DNA from: Octopus vulgaris
Lineage: Eukaryota
DNA length: 64,000 nucleotides
Reading direction: 5' to 3'
NCBI GenBank assembly: GCA_951406725.2
Contig: OX597826.1
Coordinates: forward strand, 5,270,001-5,334,000
Every line of letters begins with the position of its first letter. Position 1 is the stretch's first letter. Positions 38,312 through 52,870 of the stretch are shown here, piece after piece. Both the position numbers and the translations under genes were made by a program. The notes under the pieces were generated by a model. The model searched no databases. It was not told the origin of the DNA and was given only the letters and a program-made list of their open reading frames with translations.

Positions 38312-40399
38312 GAATAACTATGTAATATGTGCTTATGCATGGAAAAGTATATATATATATATACACACATATTAATAATGTTTTATGCATACATGCATAT
38401 ATAATCAAATATTTTATACAATAACGTATCTTAAAATACACCTACAAACACACACACATCCCACATGCGCATATACACACAGAAACACACACACACACAC
38501 ACACACACTCACACACACATATATATGTATAATCAGTTGTGTTTTCCGAAAAAGTGCCACTTATATAAATTAGAGTTATTTACTGTAAGTATGAAATGTA
38601 GGCTCAGGGCAGAACAATAATGAATTATTAGACAATTGGCGGTTGTCATAGCGTGAAATAATTAGACCATTCATTGTGTGCGACTGGTGAATACTGGTTA
38701 GATTAAAATCTAAACTGATATTAGATTCTACGATCTGCTAACCTCTGTGCTGTATTACAAATTCGATTACTATTCAGAAATGAATTAATATTCTTTAGTT
38801 AGCTATTCATAGATATTAGTTAATGTTATTATGTGTGTTATTCACTCCTGAATTGCTTATTGTTTTATCTCGGAAATAATCCGTTTAGAAACTGACCGAA
38901 CGAAATTGCTACCATCGATTGAAGATTCAGATCGATAATTTGCTGTTTGCTATTCGCATTCTACATCTACAATATCCTTATTGTAATTTAATTAGTTAAC
39001 ATACGCCAAGGAAGAATTGCTTTTATGAAATACTCTCAACCACCGAACACCGTTCTTCGTGAATTGACAAACCGATAATTAATCAGTTCAAAGCAAAGGA
39101 TGCTACCTTATCAGGTAAAAAATTCTGGAGTTATTTTTTTCTATTAATCTTGTGCAGATGTTCAACTTTCTTGAGAAAGAAAAAGCTTAGTTTTTGATAT
39201 CTCAAATGCATTCTGCTTGTTTACTGCAGGCCATACATACATTATATACACGTACAAATATATGTATGTATGTATGTCATTATTCAGGTTTATTTCAAGA
39301 TTTCTTGCCAATAGCCGGTTTCTAACCTTGATTCGAGGCTACTTCAATGGAATTTTAACATCAACAGGGTATGTATGTAAGTAAGCATGCATGTATGTAT
39401 ATGTATATATGCAGATTTTTATGTTTAATTTTACGTATGTATTCTCATGCATATAGTTACGTTTCTAGACATGCTCATATATACTTAAGTGACAAAGTTT
39501 TGGTAAGTTTTATAGATTTTTACAGTTCTTGTAATGGCTTGCGTCTGTAGTCTTCGAATCAGATTTATACTTTTTGTAATTGTATCAGCTTTCTCGTTTC
39601 CGTAATCAGCTTTCTCCTTTCATGTAATCTGGTAGTACTTTTAAAACAAAACAAAAAAAGCGTATCATTCTGCAAAGCATATAGAATATATAATGTGATA
39701 CAAGAGAAAACACTAAGGTGTGTATATACATTCAGAAATGACAGTGAAATAGTTTAGCTTGTTATTAATATCATTCATAAGCGCTATTTGGTCTGTCTTT
39801 ACGTTCTGAGTTCAAATTCTGCCAAGGACATATTTGCCTTTCATACTTTCGGGGTCACACAGACACAGAGACACAGACACACACACACAAACATATATAT
39901 ATATATATATATATATATACAGTTAGTCGTAAATGACAAAGCAATAGTTTGATATATTCTGTTTCAAAATAAGAAAATTCTAATATCATGGCAAATTGTT
40001 TCGTTACGTAAAGAAAAACATGTCAATAATGTATACTATTTCATAAATGATAATTAAATAAATAAATAAATAAATAAATAAATTATTTACATGCCTGCAT
40101 TGATGGAAAATGCCAAATGTCTTTCAAAATAATTCAGAATTTAAGTTACATCCACAGGTGAATAAACTCTTTGTTAAATGCTCGATTCTCGTCGTCACAA
40201 ATCAAAATTTCAAAATATCACGGAAGACAATAATAATAAAATTGATAGAAATTAATAAAAGTATTTTCTAATGAATGGATGAGAATTGAAGTAATATGAT
40301 TAAAAAGCAGCTAGTAGGTATTATTAGTACAATAAAACAAAAGAGATATATTTATTATTAAATATCTAGAAAATAAAATATCGTAATAATAGCGAAAAA

Positions 40400-40490
<91 letters not shown>

Positions 40491-40544
40491 TATATATATA
40501 CATTGTTATAACAACAACAACAGCATCAATAATAATAATATTCT

Positions 40545-40715
40545 TGCATGATAATTGACATAGCATGCCCCAGTAACAACAGAATCAATGTGGAAGAAGA
40601 AGAAAAGTTAAGCAACTATGGCGTTTTGAAGTAGGAAGCACGAAGGTTTTTGTTAATGAGGAGAGTAAACGTGATAGTAATAGTAATTGGTACATATGGA
40701 AGTATCAACACTCAA
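40545..40715 (+). mobile_element. R4/Dong-clade LINE endonuclease C-terminal relic
   Basis: IACPSNNRINVEEEEKLSNYGVLK*EARR..VNVIVIVIGTYG. Confidence 0.65.
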
Positions 40716-41039
40716 CTACCATCAAACAACACACAATGCAAAAACAAATACAACAGAAAACTCAAACCAACCCCCATAACAGCACATACTCATACAATTT
40801 AAATATCCCACCCCAACAAAATGATGCATTACAAAGGTGCAACAAATGATGCAGTAGAAAGCTGCTTGAAACTATAGTGTTGATGATGTTGGTAATGAAT
40901 GTTACCTTACCTCAGTTTATGAGAGACAGAAGTTTCCGAAGAAACTCTTGTTGTAACAGCAAAGATGAAGCTGGACATTTAAGGGAAAGCCTATCGCTAT
41001 GTAAATTGACCACAGCTGTGATCCTAATACAGCATCAGA

Positions 41040-42685
41040 AGATAATAGAGTAAGTGGGAGTGAGTGGTCCAGAGAAGAAAACAGGATAGTGATGCAGTGC
41101 TTCTTAGAAAATGAACCTAAAAGAAGGAGCTATAGGAAACGGATGTTAAAATTTTGGTTAGAGAAGGGGATGTTTAAAGTGACTGAACAGAGATTAGTTG
41201 ATCAAGCTGACGCTATTAGGAGGAGAAAGTGGATGAGAGAACTGGAAGTAGAAGGGATCATAAGAGAACTGGAAAAGAAAGACAAACAACATAAGAGATA
41301 CAGCTCAAACCAAAGAAGAATCTAAAGGAAAACATAATAATAGCTCTACCAATAATGAACGGAGCAACGACTTGAATGATTTAAGTGAGGAAGATCAGAA
41401 GATTTTAGATGAGTTGCAGAAAGTAATGAGTATAGAAGCAAGGAAAAGATTGACAGCATTAAAATGCACAAACAGAAGGAAGCTGCTAGAAATGACGAGA
41501 GAAGTAGATTCTGTTATCGGTAGGATAGATACAAAAAATATAGGAGACACTGACTTATTTATATATGTAGGAGGGGTAGTAGTCACTAGATGATTAGGTA
41601 TCTCATAGGGAAAGATTAAAAAAGAGCAAATGTGGAAAAGGAGACTAGAAAATAAAGTGAAGACTTTCAGACAAAATCTGAGTAGAAATGAAATCTGGAA
41701 ACTGAACAAATTAGAAAATACAAGATGCAAATCTTCCCCTCAGAAAAGATACTTAGTCAAAGAGAAAGGATTTGGGTCAGTAATAGAAGAGCGTGTGATA
41801 GCAGTAGCAGGTAAGCGGTCCAGATATCAGAAAAAAATATATCAGTATAGATTATTTGAGACATACCAGAGATTTTATAACCAAATAAATAGTGGAGAGC
41901 GAAGAACTGAAGATGTGAAGCCTATTGCAGAAGAAACTAGAAAGGTTTGGAATAACATTTGGGATAACCAGTCAATCATAATGGAGATGTAGTATGGTTA
42001 AAGTAAGGGAAGATGTAGTGAATGAGAAGCAGCCAGATCTAAGACTAGTGCTTTAATGAGTATTGTGTTGGGAAAAATGCCGAATTGGAGGGTCCGGTAC
42101 CATATTTAGTTCATGGGTACTGGTTAAAGAAATTTAGTAGTTTATATTAGAGGCCAAAGGAACAACTCCAGGATTGCCTTAATGGATGCATAGAGGGAGG
42201 AAAATACACCTTATGAAAGACACGACAAGGCTAATACAGCTAGCAACTATGGTCCAGTCGCTTGCTTACCATTAGTGTGGAGGCTGTAACATTAACAGGA
42301 ATGCTTTCAGAAAGTATTTACGAGCACCTTGACAACCAGAATTTACTGCCAGAAGAGCAGATAAGGTTGTAGGAAGACGGTTAGAGGAACGCATGATCTA
42401 TTATGCATAGACAAAGCTGTTCTAAACAAAGTAAAAACTAGAATGAAAAATCAACACTAGCGTGGGTGGATTATAAGACAGCCTATGACATGATCCCACA
42501 CTCATGGATAAGTGGATGTTTAAGTATATTCAGTATAGCAGACAAAATAAGAAAATTAATTAGCTTTAGCATGGAAATATGGAAAGGTGACACACTCTTA
42601 GGGAAAGTTAATATCAAGAAAGGAATTTTCCAAGGGGATTCGTTATCCCCTTTAATATTTATCTTATGTTTTATCCCACCCACGC
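41040..42685 (+). mobile_element. R4/Dong-clade LINE, N-terminus to mid-RT, many stops and frameshifts
   Basis: WSREENRIVMQCFL..YRKRMLKFW..TEQRLVDQ; WKRRLENK; WVDYKTAYDMIPHSWI; KKGIFQGDSLSPLIFILC. Confidence 0.9.
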
Positions 42686-43009
42686 CTAGTTTAGTGAGAT
42701 AATGACTCACTCCACTTTTCTCTCCTTCTACTTACATTTTTTCCTACTTTTTTCCTGTTTACCCGGTTGTCGCTTCCCAGCAAAAACCAAGGAAGACAAT
42801 TTGCAGCAGAACTTATTAAAAAGCAGGAAAATAGCTTGAATATATATTGTTGTTGGTAAACAGAAAAAACAACAACAATTGGACGTTTTTGGTTGCCCAG
42901 TTTAGCCAAGAAAGTATTCGTTTGCTGACAAGAAAGAGTTAGGACTTTCATACATTGGAAATTTCGCTATCAATAGCGACTACTAAGAAAAAAAAAAATG
43001 TAATGCAAT

Positions 43010-43290
43010 GTATCAACCAAAAAGTTCTCAGAGCGTGACAAAGCAAGCATGCTGTAGTATATACCAAATTACACTGACAGGAAGATCGAGGCTAATCGAC
43101 CGGATATTGTTGTCAATGACAACCAGGAAAGGATATGCCATCTAATCGAAATGCCATTTCCCAACAGGCGTTAATGTACTTCCAACTGAAATGTCGAAAT
43201 TTACCAAATATGAAAGTATGAAAATAGATGAAGCTAAAACGTGAGTAGTAAAAACATAAACAATAATAATTGGCATTGGGAAGATTAAAT
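43010..43290 (+). mobile_element. R4/Dong-clade restriction-like endonuclease relic
   Basis: YTDRKIEANRPDIVVNDNQERICHLIEMP (PD...D/E motif). Confidence 0.75.
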
Positions 43291-43555
43291 AAATAAATAA
43301 ATAAACTAAAATGTTACTAACATATAATATTAGGAATAGAGCTCTTCTTGGGGTTGCAATCAGAGCAGTTAGATGACTCAATACAGTAGAAAATAAACGA
43401 AAACCTAACAGTTCATATAACCCAGACACAAAGGAAAACACTCAACGGTGCATTGAAAGCAAGCAATAAACAGAAGAACCGGCAAATAAGAATAACAGAA
43501 TTTGCGGGAGTATGCATGTATATTCGCATGTATGTATATATGTATATATATATAG

Positions 43556-43625
<70 letters not shown>

Positions 43626-45978
43626 ATTTGTGCCTCTATGTATGTGTATTAGTATGTATGTGCGAATAATTTTGTTTAAATGTGTATCTGTATATGTGTG
43701 TATATATATATACATACATACATACATATATATATATATATAGCATATATATATATATACATGGCAGCAAGTAGGTGTAGTATTTTTGAGGGACAATAGT
43801 AGTGGCACTATCAAGTTGCTAGTATGTGGTTGCTAGCTACTGTTCCTACTACCACCACTACCACTTAGTAATACCAGTAAAGAACTGTCACTCCCACCAC
43901 CACTGATCCGCCTCCCACTACTATTAGACCTATCTCCTACCAGCTAACAAATACCAGACCACGAAGTACAACGCCATGTGAAGTATAATATGAACATCCA
44001 GAAGTGTTCGTTAGGAAAGTTTAATTTGTTTTATTTTTCCATTTTCATTCATTTCTTTTTTTCTTTTATATAGTTTTTTTCAGTTTGAAGAGGTCATCTT
44101 AAACAACCGGAACCATACATATTCTTTTGTTTATATATTATATATCTATATATTATATATCTATATATTATATATCTATATATTATATAATATCCATACA
44201 AATACGTGCGGTTGCGGTCGTTGAAGTATATTCACACCTATGTATGTGTCCATTAATGTGTTTGTGTCTGTGCGTGCGTTCGTGTGTTTCATTGTGTATT
44301 GTGACTAAATAAAAAAAATCAAAGATTGTGTAACTTTCGTCTTTGTCTTCGCCAATTCTGTCTATTATTTCATTCCTATATTCTTATTCTTACATGTTTT
44401 CAAATTTTCGCTTCTTCTCAGCGTTCGTCCTTGTATTTGCCGTGCAACCTTCTAATTAGGCCTAATTTTGAAGGCTTGTTGTATCCGAATACAAGATCCA
44501 ACTCAATGTGCTTTAAGCCTATATTTTGGTCTATGTACGTCATTTCTATAGCACACATATATATGCTATACTTCCAGAATTTATTAGCTATGAATGCAGA
44601 TTTATAAGGTCCAAATGTCACACAAAAATTTAAAACAACTTTAGAAATTACTCTTTTATTCCTTAATTAAATATTGGAACTTTTGAAAGAAAACTTTATG
44701 TAAGTCTTTATGAAACTCATAAGATATTTTGTTTTTGTTTTGTGAAAGTGTCCATGTCGTAGTAGAAAAGAAATGATGGTAGTAAGAAATTCTAGGGAGA
44801 GCTGAACAGCAGAATATTTTGTTTGTGAACTACTTATATACTAAAGTGGACTGGATGCATTCAGGTCACATTGGCAGCGCAGAACTATATAGATTACATT
44901 CTGATGATAATAAACTAGGGGTTTAAACCTGTTTGTTACTTCTGTTCCCTTCACGGTAAAATATTTCATTCAATAATGACGTGAGTTCTTCACAGAAATA
45001 TTTCGCCCGTTATTGTTTTAGTTTCTCCTTGTTGAAAACCCTGTCTACTTCTGACCGAGATTTGCTCGTCAATCGTTTTAGGCTTCTTCGTCCTTAGGTT
45101 TCGTTCTGATATAGTATTATGTCTCATTACAGTAAGTAACATGCATTAGCTACTCTCAAGTCGGTGTGATAGGAAAGCACATGGCGTAATGGTTACTGTT
45201 TTGCATTCACGTTCTTACGCTGTGCGTTGTATTTTTTGCCCACTTCGTTTCATATTACTGCAAGCTGCGCGACTATAAACAAGTCCCAGCAACGTTTACG
45301 ACATTAACACGGCAGCGTTGCGACACTCTCCTCTAAATAAGGAGCATGTCATAATCTCAGTCGCTTATACACTGGAAAGCGGCTTAATTTCCGGGTGTAT
45401 CAGCCCTAAGCCTTATGACGAACGTGGCGCGTTTTAAAAGATTAATGGGTACTATTTCTAGCTTGTCAAGGGTCTACGTAGAGTCTTTCTGACCCTTCAC
45501 ATAGATGTTAAGGAAAATATGAGTGAAGCAAATACAATTTAATATTAATTGACGATGTTATATCGCTGATCATCACAGAACACTCTTAACGCTGAGTTTT
45601 GATAAGAAAACAATTATTTGGTGATTAATAAACTCTGTGATTCATTCTTTTCACGGCTGGAATAATTTAATTTCCATTACATTCATGATGCATTTATAAA
45701 ATGGTTTTCCAATTACAAATTCATATTTATTCACTATTGTAAATCTATAGAAGTAATTCTTTAGTCTTTCTCACAATAACTATTTCTCTGCAATTACCTT
45801 CTTATTTGCAATGTCTTTCAATCACTCAACTGCCAAAACAAACAGAGAATATATCAGTCACAGCAACACAAATGTTTTCGCTAATTCAGAAGGATGCTAA
45901 GTTGATACATTGTTACATCTCCATGCATCGCACAGCATCAATATACACTTGCACGCACACACACACACACACACACAC

Positions 45979-46067
<89 letters not shown>

Positions 46068-46110
46068 TGTGTGTGTCTGTGTGTGTCTATAATAAAATAA
46101 ACGCGCCCTT

Positions 46111-46352
46111 TTAAAGCCTAGCCAGGCTCATGGGCCCGGTTTCCAGGTTACTATGGCGTATGTGTTCCCCAGCTGGACGGGACGCCTGTCCATCACAGCG
46201 TTACTTATTTTTGCCAGCTGAGTGAACTGGAGCAACGCGAAATGAAGTGTTTTGCTCAAGAACACAACGCGTCACCTGGTCCAGGAATCGAAACCACAAT
46301 CTTACGATCATGGTGCTGTGCTGACACCCTAACCACTACGCCACGCGCCTCC
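46111..46352 (-). mobile_element. Chimeric SINE: family C-like head and core with family B-like V-domain and tail
   Basis: ccagttcactcagctgg followed by gatggacaggcgtcccgtccagctgggg and ggaaaccgggcccatgagcc. Confidence 0.75.
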
Positions 46353-46780
46353 ATTACACACATATATATATAATAAACGAAAAATGTATGCTAAATAAAC
46401 AAACGATACAACGTTTATTGAGTGTAGAACCGGACGGGACACAAACACAGAAGGTCCCTAATTCTTCATCAGTTACTCAGACACGTGCCATAATTGATAA
46501 GAATGAGGACTTCTCATATTGGTGGTGCCCGCAAAAACATTTTCTTGCGGAGAATTCAGGGCCGAGAGCAAACAAAACAATGCAAGACAACACAGCGTTA
46601 GTTAGGGCGGTGGAGAAGGATGACGAGACGAGCAAAACACGGCCTGCGGGTCAAGTAGAGAAAGATATCATAAAGGATAAGGCACGAAGAGACAGAGAAT
46701 TTGCGACTGGTCAGCTACGGGACCAGAGTGAGAAAGGGAGAATGCTGGCTGCGGGTCACAGACATCGAATGAGAAAGAGC

Positions 46781-46840
<60 letters not shown>

Positions 46841-46879
46841 GAAAGAGAGAGAATAGGGTCTTTCAGGTACACACATTCG

Positions 46880-47102
46880 AGCTGGCAGAAACGTTAGCAC
46901 GCCGGGCGAAATGCGTAGCCGTATTTTGTCTGTCGTTACGTTCTGAGTTCAAATTCCGCCGAGGTCGACTTTGTCTTTCATCCTTTCGGGGTCGATTAAA
47001 TAAGTACCACTTACGCACTGGGGTCGACGTAATCGACTTAATCCCTGCGTCTGTCCTTGTTTGTCCCCTCTGTGTTTAGCCCCTTGTCGGTAGTAAAGAA
47101 AT
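46880..47102 (+). mobile_element. Solo SINE family A (Tx1-like tail) with 15-bp TSD
   Basis: aggtacacacattcg at 46865-46879 and 47103-47117. Confidence 0.92.
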
Positions 47103-48625
47103 AGGTACACACATTCGCACACATATGTATATATATGCTCATCTTTAAACTAACCGTATTTTCAATTTCCATCTAAAAAAAACACACAAAATAACAGCAC
47201 ATCTATACAAACAGCTTTATTTTTGACAAATATGTAATTGACATTGTTTCACATCAAGTCAATAAGCCAACCTAAGCAGTTTTTTTTTTGTGGTGCTGGC
47301 ACGGTTCATGTCCATTAATTTAGCAGATATACTATCGAAAGGGTTCTTTCCTTGAAAATCTCTCCTATTTCCATATCAGGGACGATATTGTCCAAACTAT
47401 GGTGGAGCGTGACTTGAAGGAAATTTTAGTCAGAAGATCTATTTCATTCAGTCCATTACTATTTATTTATTTTGTAAGCAAAATTGTATATGTTAATCGC
47501 CTGTGGTTTAGCGTCGAATAACCAGAATCATAAGTTCATGAAATAAGATACTTGACGTTATTTTTCTGATCCATTGCGCTCTGAGTTCGAATCCTACAGA
47601 GATCAACTTTGCCTATCATGTCTCAGACGTCAATGAAAAAGACTGCCAAGTAACGGAGTGGATATAATCAACCAATTCTCTCTTTACCTAAAGAACAGTC
47701 TTATTTCTAAATTATATAAAAATATATGTCGTTGTTGGTTTTGTTGTTTCTCCTTTCAATCGTGACTGAATAAGTATTCTAGCCACATCTAGATGTCAAC
47801 TGCATTCCATTGGAAACCTACATCATTTAATGTATCTCGACTTTGCCTGCTGTTTCTAGCAGATCGAGCGACCACATGGTAGCTCTCAGTCCTCACCGTC
47901 TGTGAATGCAGGAACATTATTTATAGTGATATGACTGGTTAAAGTAACCGTTTAATTTACTTGATTTTACTCCAGTACTTACTGTTGCAGAATCCACTGC
48001 ACACAAATATGTAGCCAGCAAATTCACTGATCACTTCACACACATTGACACTGTTGATACGACCATGATATATTGCGTGTACAATATTACTGAATGTGAC
48101 AGAAACTGACAAGAAAATCTTCTGGAACTGTCTGCAGAAACATTTGGAAAGAAACAAGCCGAAGTACACAGCAAACCGTATAAATTAATACGAAGCATTC
48201 GTGTCGATCTGGATAGTGGCTATATGTGATTTAATGCATACGTATTCAGTTGTTAAATGTAGCGCTGTTTTACTTTCTGTTGCCAAAAAGAGTTTATAAA
48301 TAATAAATATGCCATTTGTTATCATGCTTTGGAACAAATTTAGGTAGGTTTCTCCTGCCCAAGTAAATGCACATCTGCATCCTCAAGCGATTTTAGTATT
48401 GTCTTTTCGTAGCGTAAATTTGTATTCCCATAGTACAACATTAGCTTTTATTATTTGGTATTATTTGTGCTTTATAAGCTGCTTGAATTGAGGTTTTAGT
48501 GTCAAAATGCGAATGCCTGTCATTGTTTTAATGTATCGCGGCTTGTTCTATTCTATGTTCAGTCTGTATTATCTCTATGGGTTGTTCAATTTCACCCATT
48601 TACATCTCATTATTGCTTCTCATAT

Positions 48626-49220
48626 AAGGCGGAGACCTGGCGGAAACGTTAGTACGGTGGGCGAAATGCTTAGCTGTATTTCGTCTGCCGTTACATTCTG
48701 AGTTCAAATTCCGCCGAGGTCGACTTTGCCTTTCATCCTTTCGAGGTCGACTAAATAAGTACCAGTTACGCACTGGGGTCGACATAACCCGTTTGTCCTC
48801 TCTGTATTTAGCCCCTTGTGAGTAGTAAAGAAATAGGTATTTCGTCTGTCTTTATGTTCTAAGTTCAAATTCCGCCGAGGTCGACTTTGCCTTTCATCCT
48901 TTTGGGGTCGATAAATTAAGTACCAGTTGCATACTGGGGGGGTCGATTTAATCGACTGGCCCCCTCACCCCCAAAATTTCTGTTCTTGTGCTTAGATTAT
49001 TCTTATAAAACGACGAGCTGGCAGAAACGTTAGCACGCTGGGCACAATGCTTAGTGGCATTTCGTCAGCTTACGTTCTGAGTTCAAATTCCGCCGAGGTC
49101 TACCTTGCCTTCCAACCTTTGGGGGTCAATAAAATAACTGCCAGTTTAGTACTGGGGTCGATGTGATCGACTGCCCCCTGCTCACAAATTCCATACTTTG
49201 AACCTATAGCAGAAAAGATT
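48626..49220 (+). mobile_element. SINE family A cluster: nested dimer plus adjacent older copy
   Basis: Junction 48837|48838 aaatagg|tatttcg; separate full copy from ~49008. Confidence 0.9.
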
Positions 49221-50204
49221 CTTAATTCTCATAAAATCCATCTACAGTAGAAAATGTGTTTGCATTGATATTTTCCTTCAGTTCTTGATCTTTTTTCGTA
49301 ACTTACATGCTTCTTATAGAATTGCTCTGTAGAAGGAATATTGCATTTCAACGCATTGTACTTTATTTTAATTTTCTCATTGATTCTTAAATTTTCTTTT
49401 CCATGCAAGCAGGCTCAATGAGTCGGGCCATTCTGGTTGGACTTAGCCTTATATGAGAAGACTGATCATAAAAACACGATGATCGTATCGATATCATGTT
49501 CACCTTCCCTTAAGGAATTTATTATATATACCTCTTAGGCCATTCGAATTTTGTTTATTTATTTTAATTAAGTTGAAATATGACCCTAGGTTTTCCGCTT
49601 TATTTTTCTAAGTAACGCGATTTTAATTTATGTTTATTTTGCTTTAGATTTGGTTCGTATCGTGTGTATCCATTTCATTTTGTTAATTTTTAATGACAGC
49701 ATATTACATTTATATGCGTGTATAATATATTTAAAATACGATCTATAATTTGCGTATAATATCCATGTGTAATATCTATTACAAATATGATACTTCTTGC
49801 CGAATCCGTTTTGATTCATTTGTGCTTTTGCATGGTTTTGTATGTTTGTACTCAGAATTCCGTTCCGCTGCGTATGCTTTGTCCCAAATGCACGGTTCAC
49901 TGTCGCATATGTATAGGATTTCAACAAAATACGTCGCATGTAATTATTGAATGTAATACAAGATAAGTAGTATTTGTAATTAATAGTGAATCTATACTAT
50001 CAATTTCTTCATTTTTTTATCGACTACGTATTGATTTTATTAATATTAACATATTTTTTTCAGATTTTATGCATACCAGTATTTACACGTCCATATTGTA
50101 TTGCAATCTTGACAGAAATATAGGTCTTAATTCTGTCGTGTCTTCTTAGTCAGGACTGGACAGCCAGAGGCAATATAATTTATTGTTTCTTCTCCACCAC
50201 CACA

Positions 50205-50382
50205 TATTCATCAGATGTCCTGGGGAAATTCCGAACCAGTGTTCTCATCCCTAAGGCATTTTATCATCATCATCATCATCATCATTATTATTATTATTAT
50301 TATTATTCAGGTCACTGCCTGGAATCGAACACGGAATCTTGGGGTTAGTAGCCTGCACTCTTAACCACTACGCCATATGCCC
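50205..50382 (-). mobile_element. tRNA-like head + (AAT/GAT)n + Penelope terminal-repeat fragment
   Basis: A box tggcgtagtgg, B box gttcgattcc; homologous to 23163-23417; CTGATGA at 50208-50214 on the minus strand. Confidence 0.75.
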
Positions 50383-51332
50383 GATTCAGTTACGTTCCTT
50401 TGCCTAATTTACTATTGGATTTGACGTGTAGTTTTAGTTGTTTTTTGTTGAAAAACGAGCCCATAGTGAGTATATTTAACATTATCAAATGATTTTTTTA
50501 GCGTAAACACGATAAGAAATCACAAAGGACTTATTAAGAATCGATTGAATATCCTTGAATTATAACAGTTACTTGATAAAATTTCGGTAAATATAAAGAG
50601 AAGTATTTGATAAATATATGTGATATGCCCAAGCAGCCTAATTCCTGCCGATCTCATAGAAGTCCCACAGAAAATAGTACGACGCTATATTCATCACTAT
50701 AATAATAATATTGGATGAGAACGCGTATAGTTTAATCACGGTAGTAGCGGGGCTGTCCAACAACAAATCTACCAATAAGTTTGTCGTTTACCATTTATTC
50801 ATTGTCGATAAAATAACTGGAAGTAAGACGCTTAGTTCGTTATCTTCAATTGTTTCTCATTTCCCGTGTTATATATACAAACAAGGAAGCTGGTAATGGA
50901 GAAAGCACTTAAGCGGTCTTGGCTCTTTTTTATGTTCATCTTATTTAAGTCAATTATCTTGAGTGAATTGAGAAGTTTTAGTGAAAGAGAAAATAAACAC
51001 AGGGGATATCTCATTCGGTCAAAAGAAACAGCCAAAACCGCGCATACAATATATAGTAATATCATCAATTAACTTATTATTCTAGAACCATTCTACAAGA
51101 ATGTAGATCATCAACGTTCAATTATAATGACAAATAATTGTAATAAATCGATCACAAGTTTCTTCCTAGCTCTAGCATACTTGTGTAACTGCCATTAGAA
51201 TGTAGAAACGTATACAATAAAAAAGAGTCAGTGATATCTGAAACAAATGTTACGTAATATACATGCTCCTAAATGATTTTTCTCCTGAAAAATAATGTTT
51301 AAATGAAGAAATTTGGGTTGATTCCGCATATC

Positions 51333-51625
51333 GTGAGTGGATTTGCTAGACGGAAACTGAAATAAACCCGTCGTATATATATGTATATATATATATGTGT
51401 GTGTGTGTTTGTGTGTGTATGTGTGTGTGTGTTTGTGTGTCTGTGTTTTTATCCCCAACATCGCTTGACAACAAATAGTGGTGTGTTTACATCCCCGTTA
51501 CATAGCGGTACGACAAAAAAGTTACCGATAAAATAGGTACAAAGAATAAGTCCTGGCGTCGATTTGTTCGACTAAAGGCAGTGCTCCAGCATGGCTGCAG
51601 TCGAATGACTGAAACAAATAAAATA
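51333..51625 (+). mobile_element. SINE family D, 5'-truncated
   Basis: Reverse-complement match to 51640-51920. Confidence 0.85.
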
Positions 51626-51639
51626 ATATATATATATAC

Positions 51640-52035
51640 TCTTACTCTTTACTCTTTTACTTGTTTCAGTCATTTGACTGCGGCCATGCTGGAGCACCGC
51701 CTTTAGTCGAGCAAATCGACCCCGGGACTTATTCTTTGTAATCCCAGTACTTATTCTATCAGTCTCTTTGCCGAACCGCTAAGTGACGGGGACGTAAACA
51801 CACAAGCATCGGTTGTCAAGTAATGCTAGGGGGACAAACACAGACACACAAACACACACACATATATATACATATATACGACAGGCTTCTTTCAGTTTCC
51901 GCCTGCCAAATCCACTCACAAGGCATTGGTCGGCCCGGGGCTATAGCAGAAGACACTTGCCCAAGATGCCACGCAGTGGGTTTGAACCCGGAACCATGTG
52001 GTTGGTTAGCAAGCTACTTACCACACAGCCACTCA
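51640..52035 (-). mobile_element. SINE family D, full length, internal microsatellite, (AAGAGTA)n-like tail
   Basis: Head gagtggctgtgtggtaag, B box gggttcaaaccc; 5'-half copies at 55587-55745 and 56437-56598; degenerate 3' half at 57990-58180. Confidence 0.88.
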
Positions 52036-52416
52036 TCTCTCTATATATAAACGGCAGTTTGTCTGTGTGTGTGTCTGTGTGTCTGTGAGGTTGTACCCTC
52101 ACCCTGTCCACGGCTTTCAACCGATTCTGATGAAACTTGATACACACATAGCCCAATGTCATAATTCAAAACTAACGCAGCGAAAATTTTGAAAAGTTCC
52201 CCCAGTTCTGAAAAAAATCGATAAATTCGACATGGGGTCGAGAATCAGAAACACAAACCACAGACTGTCTAGGGGACGCAACTCGACCTTTTTAACTAAA
52301 AAAAAAATTTACCATATTTTTTTCCATTTTTTTGCTATTTTTTGGCTATAACTCTCTAAAAATGCTTTATTTTTATTTCCCTTACAAACCCGAGCAACGC
52401 CGGGTGATACTGCTAG
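52036..52416 (+). mobile_element. Non-autonomous Helitron H1 inserted in the 5' end of a family D SINE
   Basis: A|TC...hairpin...CTAG|T; near-identical to 3096-3480. Confidence 0.92.
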
Positions 52417-52419
52417 TGC

Positions 52420-52451
<32 letters not shown>

Positions 52452-52533
52452 TTTGATAGGTTTCGGCCATTATTGGCCCAGGCCATGTCTAACTAAATAG
52501 CACCACCTGGTGAAGTCTTTCAAGTCAGAATTT

Positions 52534-52603
<70 letters not shown>

Positions 52604-52832
52604 CATACACACACACACACAACTCGTTGCCTTCATCCCCAAAAGAACACCAGTGCCCGACCTGCTGCAGGAACTATGGAGCACTGTTCGGCCTGATTGA
52701 TCACAGCTGGTAAATCTTTCAACCATTTTCTTTTCGCATGTGATGTCCTGGTGATCTTCAACAACAACGCACGAACTTTACATACTTTTGAATAATTACA
52801 CACACATACACATATATTTATATACATACATG

Positions 52833-52870
<38 letters not shown>

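Noticed and set aside
46388-46897. 169-aa ORF
   Set aside because: Runs through (GA)n into a SINE with no recognisable domain; CTGATGA on the minus strand has no matching GAAA or stems.
50307-50382. Functional tRNA gene
   Set aside because: A and B boxes are present but acceptor, D and anticodon stems pair poorly and it is fused to repeat sequence; treated as a tRNA-derived head.
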